DNA from: Halocafeteria seosinensis
Lineage: Eukaryota
Length of the DNA stretch: 64,000 nt
Reading direction: 5' to 3'
NCBI GenBank assembly: GCA_001687465.1
Contig: LVLI01000599.1
Location: 1-64,000, forward strand
In this document: positions 1 through 15,807 of the stretch, in pieces
Numbering within the stretch: the first letter of the stretch is position 1
Layout: each line of letters opens with the position of its first letter
Notes under the pieces: generated by a model
Database searches by the model: none
What the model saw: the letters and a program-made list of their open reading frames with translations, nothing else
Told to the model about the DNA's origin: nothing
Program-made: the position numbers and the translations under genes

Positions 1-265
1 GGTTCATTCTTTGACGATTAAGTCGCTCAGAAAAAGCGCACATGACATACCTACACGCCTAGCTACAAGCTATTAGATAACAAAGGGGAATCATGTTTTC
101 TAACCAAGAAAAGTTCGTATTCTGTGACTGACTTCCTGACCATGTGAAGCTGATCAGCTCGATTACTTCAACACAGTTCATGATACAACTTTGCCTTTTA
201 GCATCGCCTACATTACCCTCTGTGTTTCATTAAATTGGATGATGCTACCGTGATACAACCTCCTC

Positions 266-3200
266 TTAACCCGAAACTTCTGTAGATACAGAATTATCCG
301 GGGATCCACTAGTGGTTGAAGTGACGGGTTGATCGGTATACAAAGTCTGCGGGGAACGCGATACTTCCTCCGGCAGTGAAGTGACTGGACTGACAAAATC
401 TATGGAAACTTCCGTTTGTGAGAATGTGTGGGGCGGAGTATACTCTGCAGTGACATGCTCCTGATTTCCCGTTGCTTGGCCCTCCCGCTGGCTGTGCATC
501 TCAGCTTTGGACTTTTCAACACTTTCACGGAACTGCCTAAGCCATTTCGCATGGTCGTCAGCCGCCGCCGACCAATGCCTATATGCATGATTGTGTTGCC
601 CCCAGTAAGACTCATAAGGCCTTTGCCACATATCATCACGTTGAGGCGCTGAAGCATGTGTGAAAGGAGCAGCAAAGTCGTACGGAGCCGCCGGGGGATG
701 CGCTGAGACCATCGGAGGACCGTGAGCCCAGGGTCGGGGCAAAGCTTGACTGTTTACACCCGCAACAGTGTTCCCCTGAGAGAATAAAGGCAGCCTATTA
801 TCATGAGGCTGACTTTCTCGGGGCTTATCTGTCGTTAATCCTTCCCGCTGCTTTCGCGCCGTGTTCTTTCTTGGTTTATTACTGTCGAGATAGCCAGAAA
901 GGCTGGAGAACTCCGAACCAGACAGACGAAAAGAGAGAGTGTCCTCTGCGGTCCAGTTCCCTTTAGATGCCTGCTGATGCCGATACGCTTGCAGTACTTC
1001 CCACTGATTGGATAGACGAGAATAAGTACTGGGCCATTGCAATGGTAACCCTCGCTCCATTGACGCCTCGTATAACGACTTAATTTTCTCCGTAACTCTT
1101 GCATCGACAGAGTTGAGAGTGCTAACCAGTTCACGAATCATATTTTTGTTACAACCATTTACGGCGTTCTGCTTCGTCAGGATAAGGAATTCGTAAACTT
1201 CATAGAGTGTCTGTCTAAATTCATTGATAATTGTCCTTCCTTCCCGATACTTATGGACCTTTCGATTCAATGCATCCGCTTGTCTATCCAAGACTTTTTT
1301 TGCATCCATCAAAGCCGGTTTCTGTGACTTCTGAGATCGTTGAGGTCGGAGATACCTATACGCTGGTGTTTTCGGTGGGGACGGCGCAGCGCCCACGGAA
1401 GAAAACGTGCCAGTCGATGATGGAGAGGTGCTTGAAGACACCACACGATATGAGCGACTCCTCAATTTCAGTATTCTGCGAGCATCTGCTTTCCAAAGCT
1501 CGCGGTCTTGGATCAATTGGTGCCGTTGCTCATTCAATTTCTTCTTAAAATTGGCAAGAGAGCAATCTAGGTTTGAGAGAACGCTCTCGTCAAGTTGGTA
1601 CCGGGAAGTCCAGCCGATGAATAAAGCCTCGGCAACTGCAAAACCCATGAACTCGGAGCTGGGCTCCCTTGGAAATCTAGATCCTTCTTCAGAACTCCTT
1701 TCGGCATGTTTAGTCTCATTTGCCGCCGTCTCCCCTGCCGTATCATTTGCAGAGCCTCCCTTACCACTGCCCTCAACTATTCTCCTGTGTTCGCTGATTA
1801 AACCTTTGTACTCTTCAAGGACGCTTCGCATACCACTATCATCTACACCTGCAGTACTTGCTTTCCCAATCTGATTGCTCACTTCGTCTACTCGGTACTG
1901 AACGTGCTGGATAGAAGAGAGAACCTTCTCGCTGTTCTGTACGATGCTCCCGTTTCGAACTTCGTTACGCATCTCTTCGAGGAGTTTATATACCGCACTA
2001 TCCTGTTGCGGCATTGCTAGCATCTCCTGTTGCCGTCTGACTGAATCTTCAAGAGAAGAAGCCAACGACTCAAGACGCGAATGCCTAGAGACGCCGTCGG
2101 TTACATCGTTACTCTGATCCTTTCCGGATAATGCGGACTCTTCCAGCCTTGCCATTCTATCAGCCGTTTCCTGCAGTTGACTAGAAATTTTGTCAAATCC
2201 AGTCTGTGTGTCTTTTTCCAGAGTATTCTTGAGTCGAACTATCATATTTTCCAATTCAGAGGGAACGCTAGAGCCACCATTGCTTGTTCTCGATCCATCT
2301 TCTAAGCTCTTGCGAAGCGTCTCTTTCACAGTCGCGAAATGTTCAGATAGCTCTTGCCTCAAACAATCGCGGAGCTTTTCAATCGACGAGTTTATCTCTT
2401 TCCGAGCCTCCGTTGAGGTCGTCTGTCTCGGAGGAGACTGTTGTTGTTCATGGTACAACGAAGTTAAGGACCTTGTCTCTCGAGGACCCGCTTGCACGTG
2501 AGAGGGAAGAAACCCGGACTGAGGGCTAGAGGGTGGGCGCTGTTTCAAATCACTCTCCGAAGCCTTTAGAGCTCTGAGTTTTCGAAAGTGTTCCGCATAT
2601 GCTTCATCAAGCTCCTGCTGCAATACTTGCTTTTCCTGCTCAAGCTTGTTGCGGAACTCAGCGACTTCTTGCGACAGTGAGTCGTCCCGAAACTGCTTGT
2701 GACTGGAATCTCTTTCAGTTTGCTTTTGTTCCAAATGAGCAATATTCTCTCTAAGTTTGTTAATTTCTTTATCCTTACTTTGCAACTGGCTGCTTTGTTC
2801 CGCGATTTTGGTTCTCAGGGTCGTAGCTTCGCTGTCTCCGTCGTGATTTCCATGATGGCTCGATAGTTTTCCGATTTGATGTTCATGGGATGACCTCTCC
2901 TCTTGCAGCTGCTTCTTCAATTCCTCATTCTCCGTATTCAGCTTATTTAGTTGTTCATCTTTGCGACTTGATGAAGTTTCGAGTTCACGTAACCTTGTTT
3001 CCATTCTTTCGTTTTTCGAGGTAAGCCCTTCCAACTGTTGCTTCATATCAGATATTTGTTTTTCATAATCATCAATAAGCCTTTTCTTTTGATCAATGAA
3101 ATCCTGCTGTGCTTGTTCTTTTGCTCGAATGGCTTCTTCTTTGAGATTCTGTAACTCTCGTACCCTCGACTCTCCTTCGGTAGAATTATCTACTTTCTGT

Positions 3201-4623
3201 TCGAGGTTTTCCTTTTCCTGCTCTACACGTTTCATCTTTGCCTCCAAAGACTCTTTGCTTCGCTTTAGTGATTCTATTTCCTGGTTCATTTCATGCCGCA
3301 CCCGCTCCTCAGTTTCCTTGCTAACAGACGCTTTGGTATTTTCTTTAGCCTCGTTGATTTTCTTATCATATTTCGCTTCAATACCTCTTATCCTTTCTTC
3401 GTATTCCTCCTCCAAATTCTTCAAAGACTCTCTATTGGAGTCTCTGAGTTGCCGCAGCTCCCTGGCATTGTCCACCTCCATTTGTGAAACTTCTCGTTCA
3501 TGCTCCTTGATCAAATTCTGTTTCTGGGCCCTAAAATCAGTCTGGGTTTTCTCCAATTGCTCTTGCAGGCCTTTGTTTTCGCTAACTACTGAATTATATT
3601 CCTCTTGCAATTTTTCAAGCTTGCGTTGGAGACGAGACGCTTCTTCGCTTTGACGATTGTTTTCAGCACTACTCGACGATTCTTCGCTATCTGATCCCGT
3701 CCTGTCTTGCCTACCGGAACGACTTTGACTTCTTCGACTTGGACGAGGCGGCTTGCTCGTTGAGTTGACAGCGTCATGCACTTCAGCGCCAAAGGAAACT
3801 TCGTCTTCCCCTCCCTCTGGCTCTTTTCCACCTTGCAGCGCTGCCGTGTTTGGAGAGCTTCGCGCAATACCTGGAAGTGGCTTCCGGTCAAGCGGACTTT
3901 GCTGCAAACTCATTCAGCGGTTACGATTCTAAGAATTGTTTCACCAGACAAATTGGAACCCACGATATTCACGCTTACCTGTGGTTTGAATCCACCACGA
4001 TCCCCAGCACTTGTACTTGGAGTCGTGTTTGGTGACCTCAGATCATTGGGATTCCGCTGCATTGGGCTTGCGAGTTTCGGAGGCTGTTTCAGATCCGTCG
4101 TGGAGTGATCTGCGCGTACGGACGAAGGCTCATCACGTGTATCTGATGAAGTAGTCGTAGAGACTTTGCCTGAAGAGCTCGACTTCAAGAGCTTCTTGAC
4201 ATCGTGCTTCTCTTTGCGCTTCTTCGGGTCGTACTTGTCCTGCTGCTTGGCCAACTTTTTTGACTTGGCCTGCTCATAGAGCTTCTTATAATATTCATCG
4301 CAAGGATGGTCCCACGTTGACTCCCCTGTTTCGAAGTTAAAATAGTATATTTCCTCGGTATCCGTCGTCTTGCAGGGCTTCCACTCATTCGGCAAGGGTG
4401 CCTTCAACCCTTCTCGCGCTATGTATAAGAGGTCATCATCGCTGGGAAGGTCGAATCCGAGCCACTTAGCGTATTCAATGACCTCATCATCTGTCGGTTC
4501 ATAATTGGGGTCGATTTCTTCCTCTAAAATAATGGAATCGGGTTCTTGCTCCTGCTGCGTCTCCGTCGAGGTCTGGCTCGATTTCCCCGGCTGGTGCGCC
4601 TTTCCGGCTGCTAGAGAGGACAT
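266..4623 (-). CDS. CEP164: Centrosomal protein CEP164-like (N-terminal WW domain plus long coiled coil), 2 exons
   Basis: Exon 1 has EEEIDPNYEPTDDEVIEYAKWLG...YIAREGLKAPLP..WKPC...YYFNFETGESTWDHPCDEYY, the CEP164 N-terminal/WW signature. A phase-0 GT-AG intron at 3902-3978 joins it to the 1215-aa coiled-coil ORF. Confidence 0.85.
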
Positions 4624-5368
4624 CGTCGTCGGAACCCGTCGGACTAACGAAAGCACTTAGCGGACATGGTATCTTGCTCCTATGGACCCTCGAACAAGGG
4701 CGACTCACCATACTCTTCTGCTTAACGCTCGGCTGCTCCCCGGAGTCCATGTTTTCCGCACCTCCCGAGAATCAAGACAGTCCGTGTGTGGACGTTTCTC
4801 TCTTCTTGATGGAACAGCGGGGAACAGCGACAGTCGCTGCCAAACACAACTGCCACCTAAGTGTAGCGGCTCACATCCAATTGCCGGTGGGCCATCAGTC
4901 ACACCTCCGTCGTCGTCATCAGGACGTTGCGGGTTGCAAGTTGCAACTTAGGTTGCAACAAGAGACAGAAACGTCAGGACCCGATTCTGTTGAAAGAACG
5001 GAATAAATAAAAGACTGTACATTGAATTGTCAAATGCTGTATCTGTGGATGTAATGCTTAGAACAAGGTGGTCTCCATCGAGAACCCACGGCACGGCGTG
5101 CATGGAAAGCCTTCTAGTCATTGACCAAGTTGCCGTGCAACAAACACGTGTTCTACCGGGCCAGGCGAAGCAGTACAGTTAATGGTGTGCAATAGCGCTG
5201 GGTAATTTATACATTCCTGTAAAAACAAAATGCAAGGAACTACTCCAACCTATTCTCTGATATCTTAGAACCACTTGGAAGGCGCGAGTGCGTCTGTATA
5301 GTAAGACATCAGTAAAGCCTATTTAATTCCATTTGTTAAACTGGAAGCAGATCTGCGTCTGGAGATAG

Positions 5369-6714
5369 CTAGGAAGCAGCACGTCCATCATCTTGATGAT
5401 CCAAGCGCTTTCGTTTCCAGCGCTTAATTTTCTGTGCCATTTCGTGATCAACTTGGAGATCCTGTGATAACAATAGTGTTACAATCAACAAACTTTCGGA
5501 TAACATGTATGCATCGTAGCTCTAACAGACCTGCTTTTGCAAGTTTCGATTACAGCCTTGTTGCGGACACTTGCGCGTTCCGTGTGCCGAGAAGATGACG
5601 CTCACGGACTGGCGATCCATATAGTGGCCACACGGACTGAAACGCAAAAAAAAAAACAAACCAAACAAACGAACAGGTGATTTCACAAGGAAAACGAGAC
5701 ACAAAAATACCAGCAACAGCAAAACATACGTTTTCATTGGAGTCGCCATTACTCTCTGCGTGACGGGGCACTTGAACGAAGCTTCTGTTTCTTCGCCCTC
5801 TTGGACAACAATGTCTCCACCTTCTTGCTGCATGGCATGAAAAATATGACGTCCTTTAAAACGTGGAAAGACTAAAACGCCATGCATACCACTTGTTCTA
5901 TTTTCGAAGCAAGGTTGAGCGCTCTTCGCTGGTACTCAGCATCCAGTTCATCCCCAGGTATTTCTTCACGATTTTGGAACGCCGTGTTGTAGGGGTCTGA
6001 AACCAGAGGAATCTGTAAAACAAGAGGAAAAAACAGCCAAACCACGGAGGAAGGAGATGGAAGTTAATTTTTATCCAATGGTAAGTCAAAGGAATATGGA
6101 CTGAGACTTACACTGTTGGCTTGGGCCCGCTCAGCCGCAATGTGTCGTGCTGTGTCAAATTCAAAACCACATTGTTCCCGAAGTACTTGCCACTGCGTAT
6201 CCTCAAGCTTTCTGCTTGCTTCCAATAATTCATTTTGCAGCTGATCTGAACCAGGTAAGGAACCCACAAACTTGTGTAGATCGATATTTTTTAGGCCTGA
6301 TTTGTCGAGCTCCTTCAAGGCGGTATCTACCTGCTTCGTGTGCTCCTCTTGTTCACTGCGGATTTGCTCAATAACTTCTTGGTAGCGATGGCTCCGCTCA
6401 CCAAGAGCACTGTGAGAAAATTGGTTTCTGTCCATCTCGTAGTGATCTCCCAAATCCGCCATGCCTTGCTCGTCATACTTCTCCTCCTGCTGCTCCTGTC
6501 TGCTATTACGAGACGAGGCTTTCCGACTCGTCGATGGCGTATTCTGAGTCCTGGAGCTAGCTCGTCTGTTCTGAGGAGTACGCGTGGAGCTTGATGAGGA
6601 CGGCATTACTTCTTCTTCGTCGTCATCATCATCTTCTTCCCCAAAATCGTCATTCATGTCTTCATCCTCGTCGTCCTCCTCCTCATCTCGATTTCTTCGT
6701 TTTCGGGGGGGCAT
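5369..6714 (-). CDS. NSE2: SP-RING SUMO E3 ligase, NSE2/MMS21-like (SMC5/6 subunit), 5 exons
   Basis: The spliced C-terminus reads DIVV...FKCPVTQRVMATPMKT-PCGHYMDRQSV...KCPQQGCNRNLQKQDLQVD (SP-RING/zf-Nse). Acidic N-terminus; four GT-AG introns. Confidence 0.75.
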
Positions 6715-7168
6715 GTTTCTTTCCTCTCCCGTTATCACGCTACCCTAAAGTGTGTGCCGGAAATTGCTTCGTCCATGTGAGTCTTTCACGTGTGCAAACA
6801 CAACTGTGGCAATCTGGGGAAGCTTGAATATTGTATTTGAAAGCCACAGGAATTGTGTTTTGAATTGAGTGAGTGACCCGGGCCGGGCCGGGCTGAGCGT
6901 CCGTGAATACCGTACTTCAACTTGGGAATTCAAATGCGTGTGAATGGAACAAAGGCCATTAGTGTACTGTCCACCCTGTAGAAACGCTGTCAATTCAGGT
7001 TGCACTGATTACTCGCTCGTGTGTACAACAACGGCGTGTCTCTTTTCTCCGAGGAACGCAAACAACCTCTGGGACTGGTGTACTACCAACCATCTGGCAA
7101 CGCCAGCTGAGTGATCGACGCCTGATTTTTAGCGTTTTTGTCCTCCCTAATCACAGCGAGCGCACACA

Positions 7169-8532
7169 ATGGTGGTCATTCATCTAAAGCGCAGTGAGAC
7201 AGATCAGTTTCTCTATGAAACATCAACCGCCACAAGCTGCGACACCCTGATCCGAGAACTGGTATGTTTGGGTTTTGAGACGGCTTCGGTTCTGATCCAA
7301 CTACTAGAGTAGATTGCGCGTATGCTGAATACTATCACAGGTAGAAGTTTGGAACCGAAGACTGAGGCTCCAGAGACTAGCCTCCGCGTGTGAAGACCTT
7401 GCTAAATATGGACCTGCGAAACCAGAGGAGCTTAGAGGCCTAGACGACGTATGATGATGTACTAAGCAATGAAAATGAATACAGCCGTACACTTTTGTCG
7501 TGTGCTTCAGGATACGCCTCTGCTGGAGGAACAAAAGAAAAAAGTAGGTGACGCTGCTGCCGCTTCCTCGTCTTCTGGAAAGAAGGCGCAGGACCCCACC
7601 GGGTTTCGAACGGGAGAAGCTCCAAGTGAACAAGCAGCTGACACTTTAAACAAGACAGCTGAGGATGCAAAAAACTATATAAGTAAAGTATGTATCTGGC
7701 GAAGAGGAGCATAGCCTTGTTGCGCACATCCGAGACTTAACGAAATTCATTCCTGCAGAAGCAAGTCGACGCTCGAATAGCCTTGACAATAGAAGGCTTA
7801 AAGGAAAAGTTTGAATACTTAACAGGCGCAATCAAAATAGGTATGGGGGAAATACGACGGCGTTTGGGTCCAGGAAAGTGAGAAGATCATCTCCGACTCT
7901 CTTTGCAGCATTTCCCATGGGATTGCCCGACTACGATCCCATCACTGCCTTGACAAAGGACGATCAAGCTGCCAAAGGTGAGATAGGTCTCTTACGTTAC
8001 TTGAACCCTGTCGATTCAATTAGTGAGATGCTCTACAGAAACAAACATGGCCGGTATGGACCAAGACTTATTGGATCCAGATACATCAACTCTATGGTGG
8101 GCCGGCAAAGAATTCCATAGGTACGAATATGTTAAGTTCATTTTGTTTTTCGGCCCGAATACCTCTAGCATTCACCATCTTGCTACAGAGATCAAACTGT
8201 CGGAGACCGAGTCGGCAAGAACGAAAAGACGAAGATTGTTGCGCGACTACAATCTAAAAATGCAGGAGCGCCCGCAAGGGAACCGGCTATTTCAGAAGAA
8301 GAGAGGAAGGCGATGATGTCTTACTGGTTTAAAAAGCAAGAAGAGGTAAGATAAAAGTGTATGAGATGTACCGTTGCTATCCATGTTCACAGCAGTTATT
8401 TTGGATGCGCAACAGGCGAAGCAATTAGCCGAAGATGATGACGACTCGTTCCTCCAACGTGAATGGGCTGATCCTAAAGGATTAAAAAAATCGCTGTTGG
8501 GAACTAACAAAGTGGACTGGAAACCAAAGTGA
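7169..8532 (+). CDS. CFAP298: Cilia- and flagella-associated protein 298 (C21orf59/FBB18), 8 exons
   Basis: MVVIHLKRSETDQFLYET; DPTGFRTGEAP; AFPMGLPDYDP; LWWAGKE; GKNEKTKIVARLQ..GAPAREP; WADPKGLKKSL. Seven short GT-AG introns. Confidence 0.92.
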
Positions 8533-8876
8533 ATACTTTTGACGGATATCTTCAGTGTCATTACCGTAGTTAAGCACCAAGGACCGGTCCTCAGCACAAT
8601 TGTACCAGGGTAGTCAAGGCTAGGTAAAGTTGCCCCCGTGCTTAGTACAGCAGTACACTCTCATTCCTCGTACCTACACCAAAATAGATTCTAAATGCTT
8701 TTTATCTTTCGCATTTCTTCGCCACGTCCATCCCACAACAGCTTGAAGTTTAGGTGCGACATCAATTGCTAGCCGCACAACGTAAAAGGTCTTCGGCACT
8801 AGACCGTGAGTTAGTGCATTGTAGTATTTGTTTCTACTTCCACCCGTTGGTGTCTGTAAGAAGGTGTGTGTTGTAG

Positions 8877-10641
<1,765 letters not shown>

Positions 10642-11977
10642 CGTGAAACTGAAACTCGGGAGTGTCGCTCCATCTGTTCGCACAAGAAGATATTTTTTAG
10701 ATAAGGCCACTTCTCCAATGTGATTCCAAAATTCGTCTAACTCCATCAATAAACTCCGTATTCTGTTCCCGCCACTTGATAACTCGAATTCTCTTTTCAT
10801 GGCGTAACTGTTCGCGATGAAAATAACAGGGACTTTGAAGGAGACAACACCAAGTCATTAGCGAGTGTCCATTACCCTATGCGCAGGTGAGGTTGCCGGA
10901 CCGAGACAGATCTGAATACTTCCGGTAATGTTATGTCTGAAAGCAAAAACACCCTTTTCTGATCCAGAGTCAGCAATTTCGCTATGTTCACAGACGTGCT
11001 TGTATCAAACCAGAGCAGTTCGCATAAAAGCGGGAGCACGAATTCGTCAAGAAGTAAAGTGGAAGAGTGCGTTCCTTTATAGTATATGTACACCAAGTTC
11101 CCATACTGGTACATCTCAGCCAGTCCAACTTGTCATAGATCGGTTGTCGAAGGGAGGCCGTAAGTTACATTTCCACTTAGCCGAAGGCCAGAAATAATAC
11201 ACACTACTACGTTGATTATGTATCGTTGGTGGAGTACATCTTCGGGGGAAGGAATTCTGGCCGGTGGGTCACTGTCACGTGTGTATGTGTAGTTTCCTCT
11301 TCGATCTGCTTAGAAGAAGAGTATTCTCGACAGCTCAGTGAACGGAATTAGCAAATTCCGTAGCGGAACTTTATAAATTCCAAACAAAGCCGTATGAGTC
11401 TCCCCTCAAAGAGTTCCACACTTGGAATTTCTATTTCTGTTTTCGTACAGGGGAGTGTTGTGGTTGTTGCACCGATGCTATAAGGATCTTAATCGGGCGT
11501 CTTCCGGGGTCCAGGATATTGTGCAATTTCCTTGAGTGTGGAGATGTGTGCTTCAGTAGTGCGGAAACGTAGCAGGAGCAATTGCTCGAATTGGTTAAGC
11601 TCACTGGTGAACTACCACCAACTTTTGACTCAGTATTGCAATTGAATGGTATTGTTTGGTTGTTATTTCTTGTCTGTCTGGAATTTAGGGATAGCTAAGT
11701 TCGCACATTGATGAGTCCAAAAGCACTCGTACTTCTATTGGCGCTTATCTTCTTTCAGACGAACCTTCTGTAGAGTCTCGGATGACTCAGCGTTTTAGCA
11801 ATCTTTAGAAAGAGGATTGACGTAAACTTTGCAGACTACCAATAGCGTGTAAAGTTGGAAACGCGTTAGTCAACTTATTTTTTGTCGTTCTGCATTGTAG
11901 TACCACGGAGGAGACTCTGTACGTGTGCCTGTACAAGGGACAACGGTGGGACATCTATTCAAACACAACAAAGTAGT

Positions 11978-13036
11978 ATGCTCCAATCGACTAATACTCT
12001 TAAGAATAGTCCTCTGGAAACACACTACCTGACGCAACGTGCCTTAGGAAACAGTGAAAGCGGTGAAGATAAAGGAGGAGAAGACATGGAAACCATTTCC
12101 GCCGGGCGGAAAGCAAGGCGGTGCGTTTCGTACCGTACCCGATGTTGTTGGGTACAAACCGTATAAAGCATCTCTATCTTTACGTGTAGGTTGAGTATTT
12201 TTTTGAATGTTGTGAATTGTTACAGTCGTGCTATAAACCGCGAGAATGCCCGCAAGTCGAGGATGAGAAAGCGAGCATTGGAACAACACTTAGAGTTTCA
12301 GAATGAAAAACTTACGAAGGCAAACACTAGACTTCGACAATCCTTGCTGTCGCTTGTGCAATTCATGAGTAATCAGCAATTTCAAAGCGTTAGTACATCG
12401 ATGATACAAGGGGGGGTGGCAGAGTGGTTACTTGAACTGATTCGGAGTCTTAGACATGGGCGCCAACTTACTATTGATACGCACCAGCCTTTGACAAGTG
12501 GTGGTTTCCCGGTCCAGGACCGTTCGCCAGTGTGGAGAGAATTTTGTAATGATGTGACAACCGTGGATACTGCGGATTCAACTGCTAGTCCTGAGATAGG
12601 GATGAATCCTATATGGGACGGAATGGGATACAGGACTTTGCAACTCGGAGAAAGGACGGAAACTGAAGCCACGGAAAACTTGGAGTGTAATAGAACTACC
12701 AAACTGCAGAATGCAACACCATTAACAAGCGAACTCCCGTTGTTATTTGGCGATCCCGGTTTACTGGACACTGAACCTGGACAATCATTACATGATGGGA
12801 TGCGGGTACCAAACAATGCTTCTGCACCTTTTGGCGAAGATAATACATGCAATGGATATTCCTCATTGCATAATACTTCATGGGAATCTACTCCGTCCTT
12901 AAATTTACTGGGAGGGAGCCACCAATCAGGCTTAAACCAACTCGGTGCGAGAATTGGAGAAGAGCAAACTCATGATGATTGCTTATCGTTCCAATCCGTC
13001 GATACCGAAAATCAGAAAGGAGCACCGTGGTATTAA
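11978..13036 (+). CDS. bZIP transcription factor, paralog 1, 2 exons
   Basis: Spliced basic region ARR|RAINRENARKSRMRKR followed by a leucine heptad repeat. Intron 12121-12225. Start codon uncertain. Confidence 0.7.
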
Positions 13037-13918
13037 CGGACTATTCTCAAGTTATACCCCTCTCACTGTTCCTGCTTACTCGGTTGCAATTCCTGCAACG
13101 GGGAGCAAGTGGTCGATGCAACACAAGTCGTCTGGTGACCTCCTTGACCAAGGGAACAAGTGCGTGCATGCCAATCAATGGCTACTCCATACTTATGAGA
13201 CACAAACCGAATACCTTACGCGCTGTACGCATATTACCACCACCACATCCATCACGCTCCTTCATCAGATTCTTACCATGGATGTTGCGCACGCACGGAT
13301 ATCGAATCTAAAATGCAGAAAATGGGGGATTCCTACCCCCAGCGCCACAACGTTGTAACGATGTGGGAGCGGTTCCGGGTAGCGTTTACCCCATACACGG
13401 CCTAGCGTAGCCTGTAGACTACATGTCTTCCAGTAGGAGCAATACTAATACACATCCAGCGTGGAAGGCTACAGTATACACACACGGAAGCAGTGATTAA
13501 GGAAAAAAATACATCAAATAGCACAAACTCCTATGAACCGTGTAACATGGGCCTTCTGATGAGATATACATTTTCGATGGATATCGTTTGGCTATGGTAT
13601 CTGGTACGGTTCAACTTGAAGTTGGGAGGAACCTTCTTGGTTTCGAAGAATCCAATCCAAGATCCACATCTGAACATGCGTATTCAGATGCATATACACC
13701 CATCAATTATGCCATCAGAGTAAAGGAATCAAAGTGTATTGTTTTCCATCGCCGGTATGTAGTATTGTAGACTAAGAAGAGGCGCAGCACAGCTTAGCGT
13801 ACCGTACGGGTATCTGCCTTTTGGGTTCCCACTTTCCTGTCCCGTTTAGAGATTGTTCTGCAACAGAACCTTCCTCACCTTCAAGGTTCTATGGGCGCAT
13901 GCTGCGCTGTGGATAAAA

Positions 13919-13938
13919 CACACACACACACACACACA
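13919..13938. repeat. (CA)n microsatellite
   Basis: About 10 CA units visible in intergenic DNA. Confidence 0.8.
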
Positions 13939-14573
13939 AAATAGAGGGTTCTTATCATGCTACATTCCGTTCATTATTCTTCATCATAGTGTGCGTGTCA
14001 CCTACGTTTGGCAATTTTCCGATGTGAGGTGTTATCGTATTCGACAATACGTGTACAAATGAATGCAACTTCAGCAAGTTTCGAAGGGGGTTCGCAGGGG
14101 AGAAAAAACGGTGGAGGCTGCTGAAGCTGCGGGATATCGGTTCCGGGGCAAGCACTTGCGGCTGCTTGGATAGTGATAGAACTTATGAATTTACTGGTAT
14201 TGACAAGCACATTTGTCTTCGTGTTGTACTAGGTTACATCTAAAGGATTAAAGTCTCATTTTTGTGTTTCTCTGCTTGACTCGCGTTCCGTCTGTATAAG
14301 CCTGTTCTCAATCATCGCGTGCGTGGTGGTTTGGTGCTTTGCGTGGCAAATTCTTAACAGTCCTCTGGTAGTTAAAGACAAAGAAAGGACTGATCTTCCC
14401 TTGGGGAAAGTCTATAGAATCACCACGGAAGAGGAGGGCTTCTGTAATAACCCGTCTGTGTCTTCTCTCTTCTGCCAGGCAGCTAGGTTTCTCAGTGAGC
14501 AATTCTCACGTTCTCACCTGAGGATTCGCTTCAGTCTTCTCATTTCGGAGAGAGCATATAGATACTCTGAAAA

Positions 14574-15802
14574 ATGCAGAGTGCACAGGCTACACGACCT
14601 CAAAGGAAAGCAGCCAAAAAGACCAGCGCAGCAAATGCTGCAGCAGCCTCTTCGGCGACCGAGGATTCCGGAGTTCTAGAAGATTTCGACCAGAATAGCT
14701 CAGGCGCAGAAGAGCAAGTCGGACATGAATATGATCATGATGGAAATGAAAAAGAAGACGATAGCAGCAGAGAGTCCTCGCGGAGCGCTCCGAAGAATGC
14801 TGAAAGAACGCTTTCTGAACGAACGAGAAGAAGGTATGTTTTCACGCTCCGGAGCAATCTCTGGCTTGAATGCGCTATACATTTGTTGTTTCATGCAGGC
14901 GTGATATAAACCGCGAAAATGCTAGAAAATCGAGAATGAGGAAGCGCGAGAAGCAAATGCGTCTCCAGGTTCAGAATGAGCGACTTCAGCACGAAAATGC
15001 TCGTCTGACCCAAGCGCTTGTTTCCATCCTCCAATGTTTGCCGAAGCAACAGCTTCAAGCAACCGGTGCTCCCGTATCACAAGAGGTCACTGAGGAAAAT
15101 GTGCAGCAGTGGATACAACAGGGTGGTATGCCTGGCTATCAGCAGTTCCGAGAGCAACTCTTGTCATCTGAAGCAGGAAAATCTCAAAGAGATTCCGAGT
15201 CCAAAGAATCAAATTCAGGAGTCAACGCAGTCAAGAGAAGCGAAACGAGCTATTCAAGCAATGGCTCAGACCCTCAGTCTATGAGATCCTCAAGTTACGG
15301 TACCGCTCAGTCTGCGTCTGCCGGAGGGAACACCCCGTACGACCAAGAGTACTCGGCTTCGAAACGGCGAAAGAACAAGCGTAGTCGCTCATCGACTTCA
15401 GGGAAAGGAACGAATAAGGAAAGCATTCATAAAGAGCAGAAATCATCGTTTGACTTTGGAAACGATGAGTTTCCTTCCTTTCCAGACTTACCCGAGTCGG
15501 AGCACGGGGGAGCCTTTGATCTGCCGGCTTCCGACAAGTCAACGAGAGAACTTGACCAGCCTACTTGTAGTGTAGAAGATCAGACAGATATTGATGATTT
15601 CCTGTTCGAGAAAGGGAAGGAAGTTGGTGATGATTATAGCTTGCATCCTGTGTCCTCGCTAAATCCTTTCGATTCTTCTCCTTCTCTATCAGCGCAAGAT
15701 GACAATAGAAAGCAGTTGGGACAAGTAGGAATCGACGATTCCAACGACGTTAACGATGATGGGCTCCCTTTTCTGCCACTGGATAACGTCCTCTCTTCTT
15801 AG
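14574..15802 (+). CDS. bZIP transcription factor, paralog 2, 2 exons
   Basis: RTRRR|RDINRENARKSRMRKR followed by LQVQNERLQHENARL. Intron 14834-14898. Confidence 0.8.
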
Positions 15803-15807
15803 GCACT

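Noticed and set aside
3096..3653. Long antisense ORFs (for example 3096-3653, 32339-32833, 45752-46651)
   Set aside because: They are shadows of well-supported genes on the opposite strand and have no motifs of their own.
4933..4960. Repeated gttgcaac words upstream of CEP164 as RFX X-boxes
   Set aside because: Spacing and half-sites do not match the consensus, and there is no clear equivalent at CFAP298 or TBCCD1.
13036..14570. Small ORFs between the two bZIP genes
   Set aside because: No recognisable motifs and no consistent spliced model.
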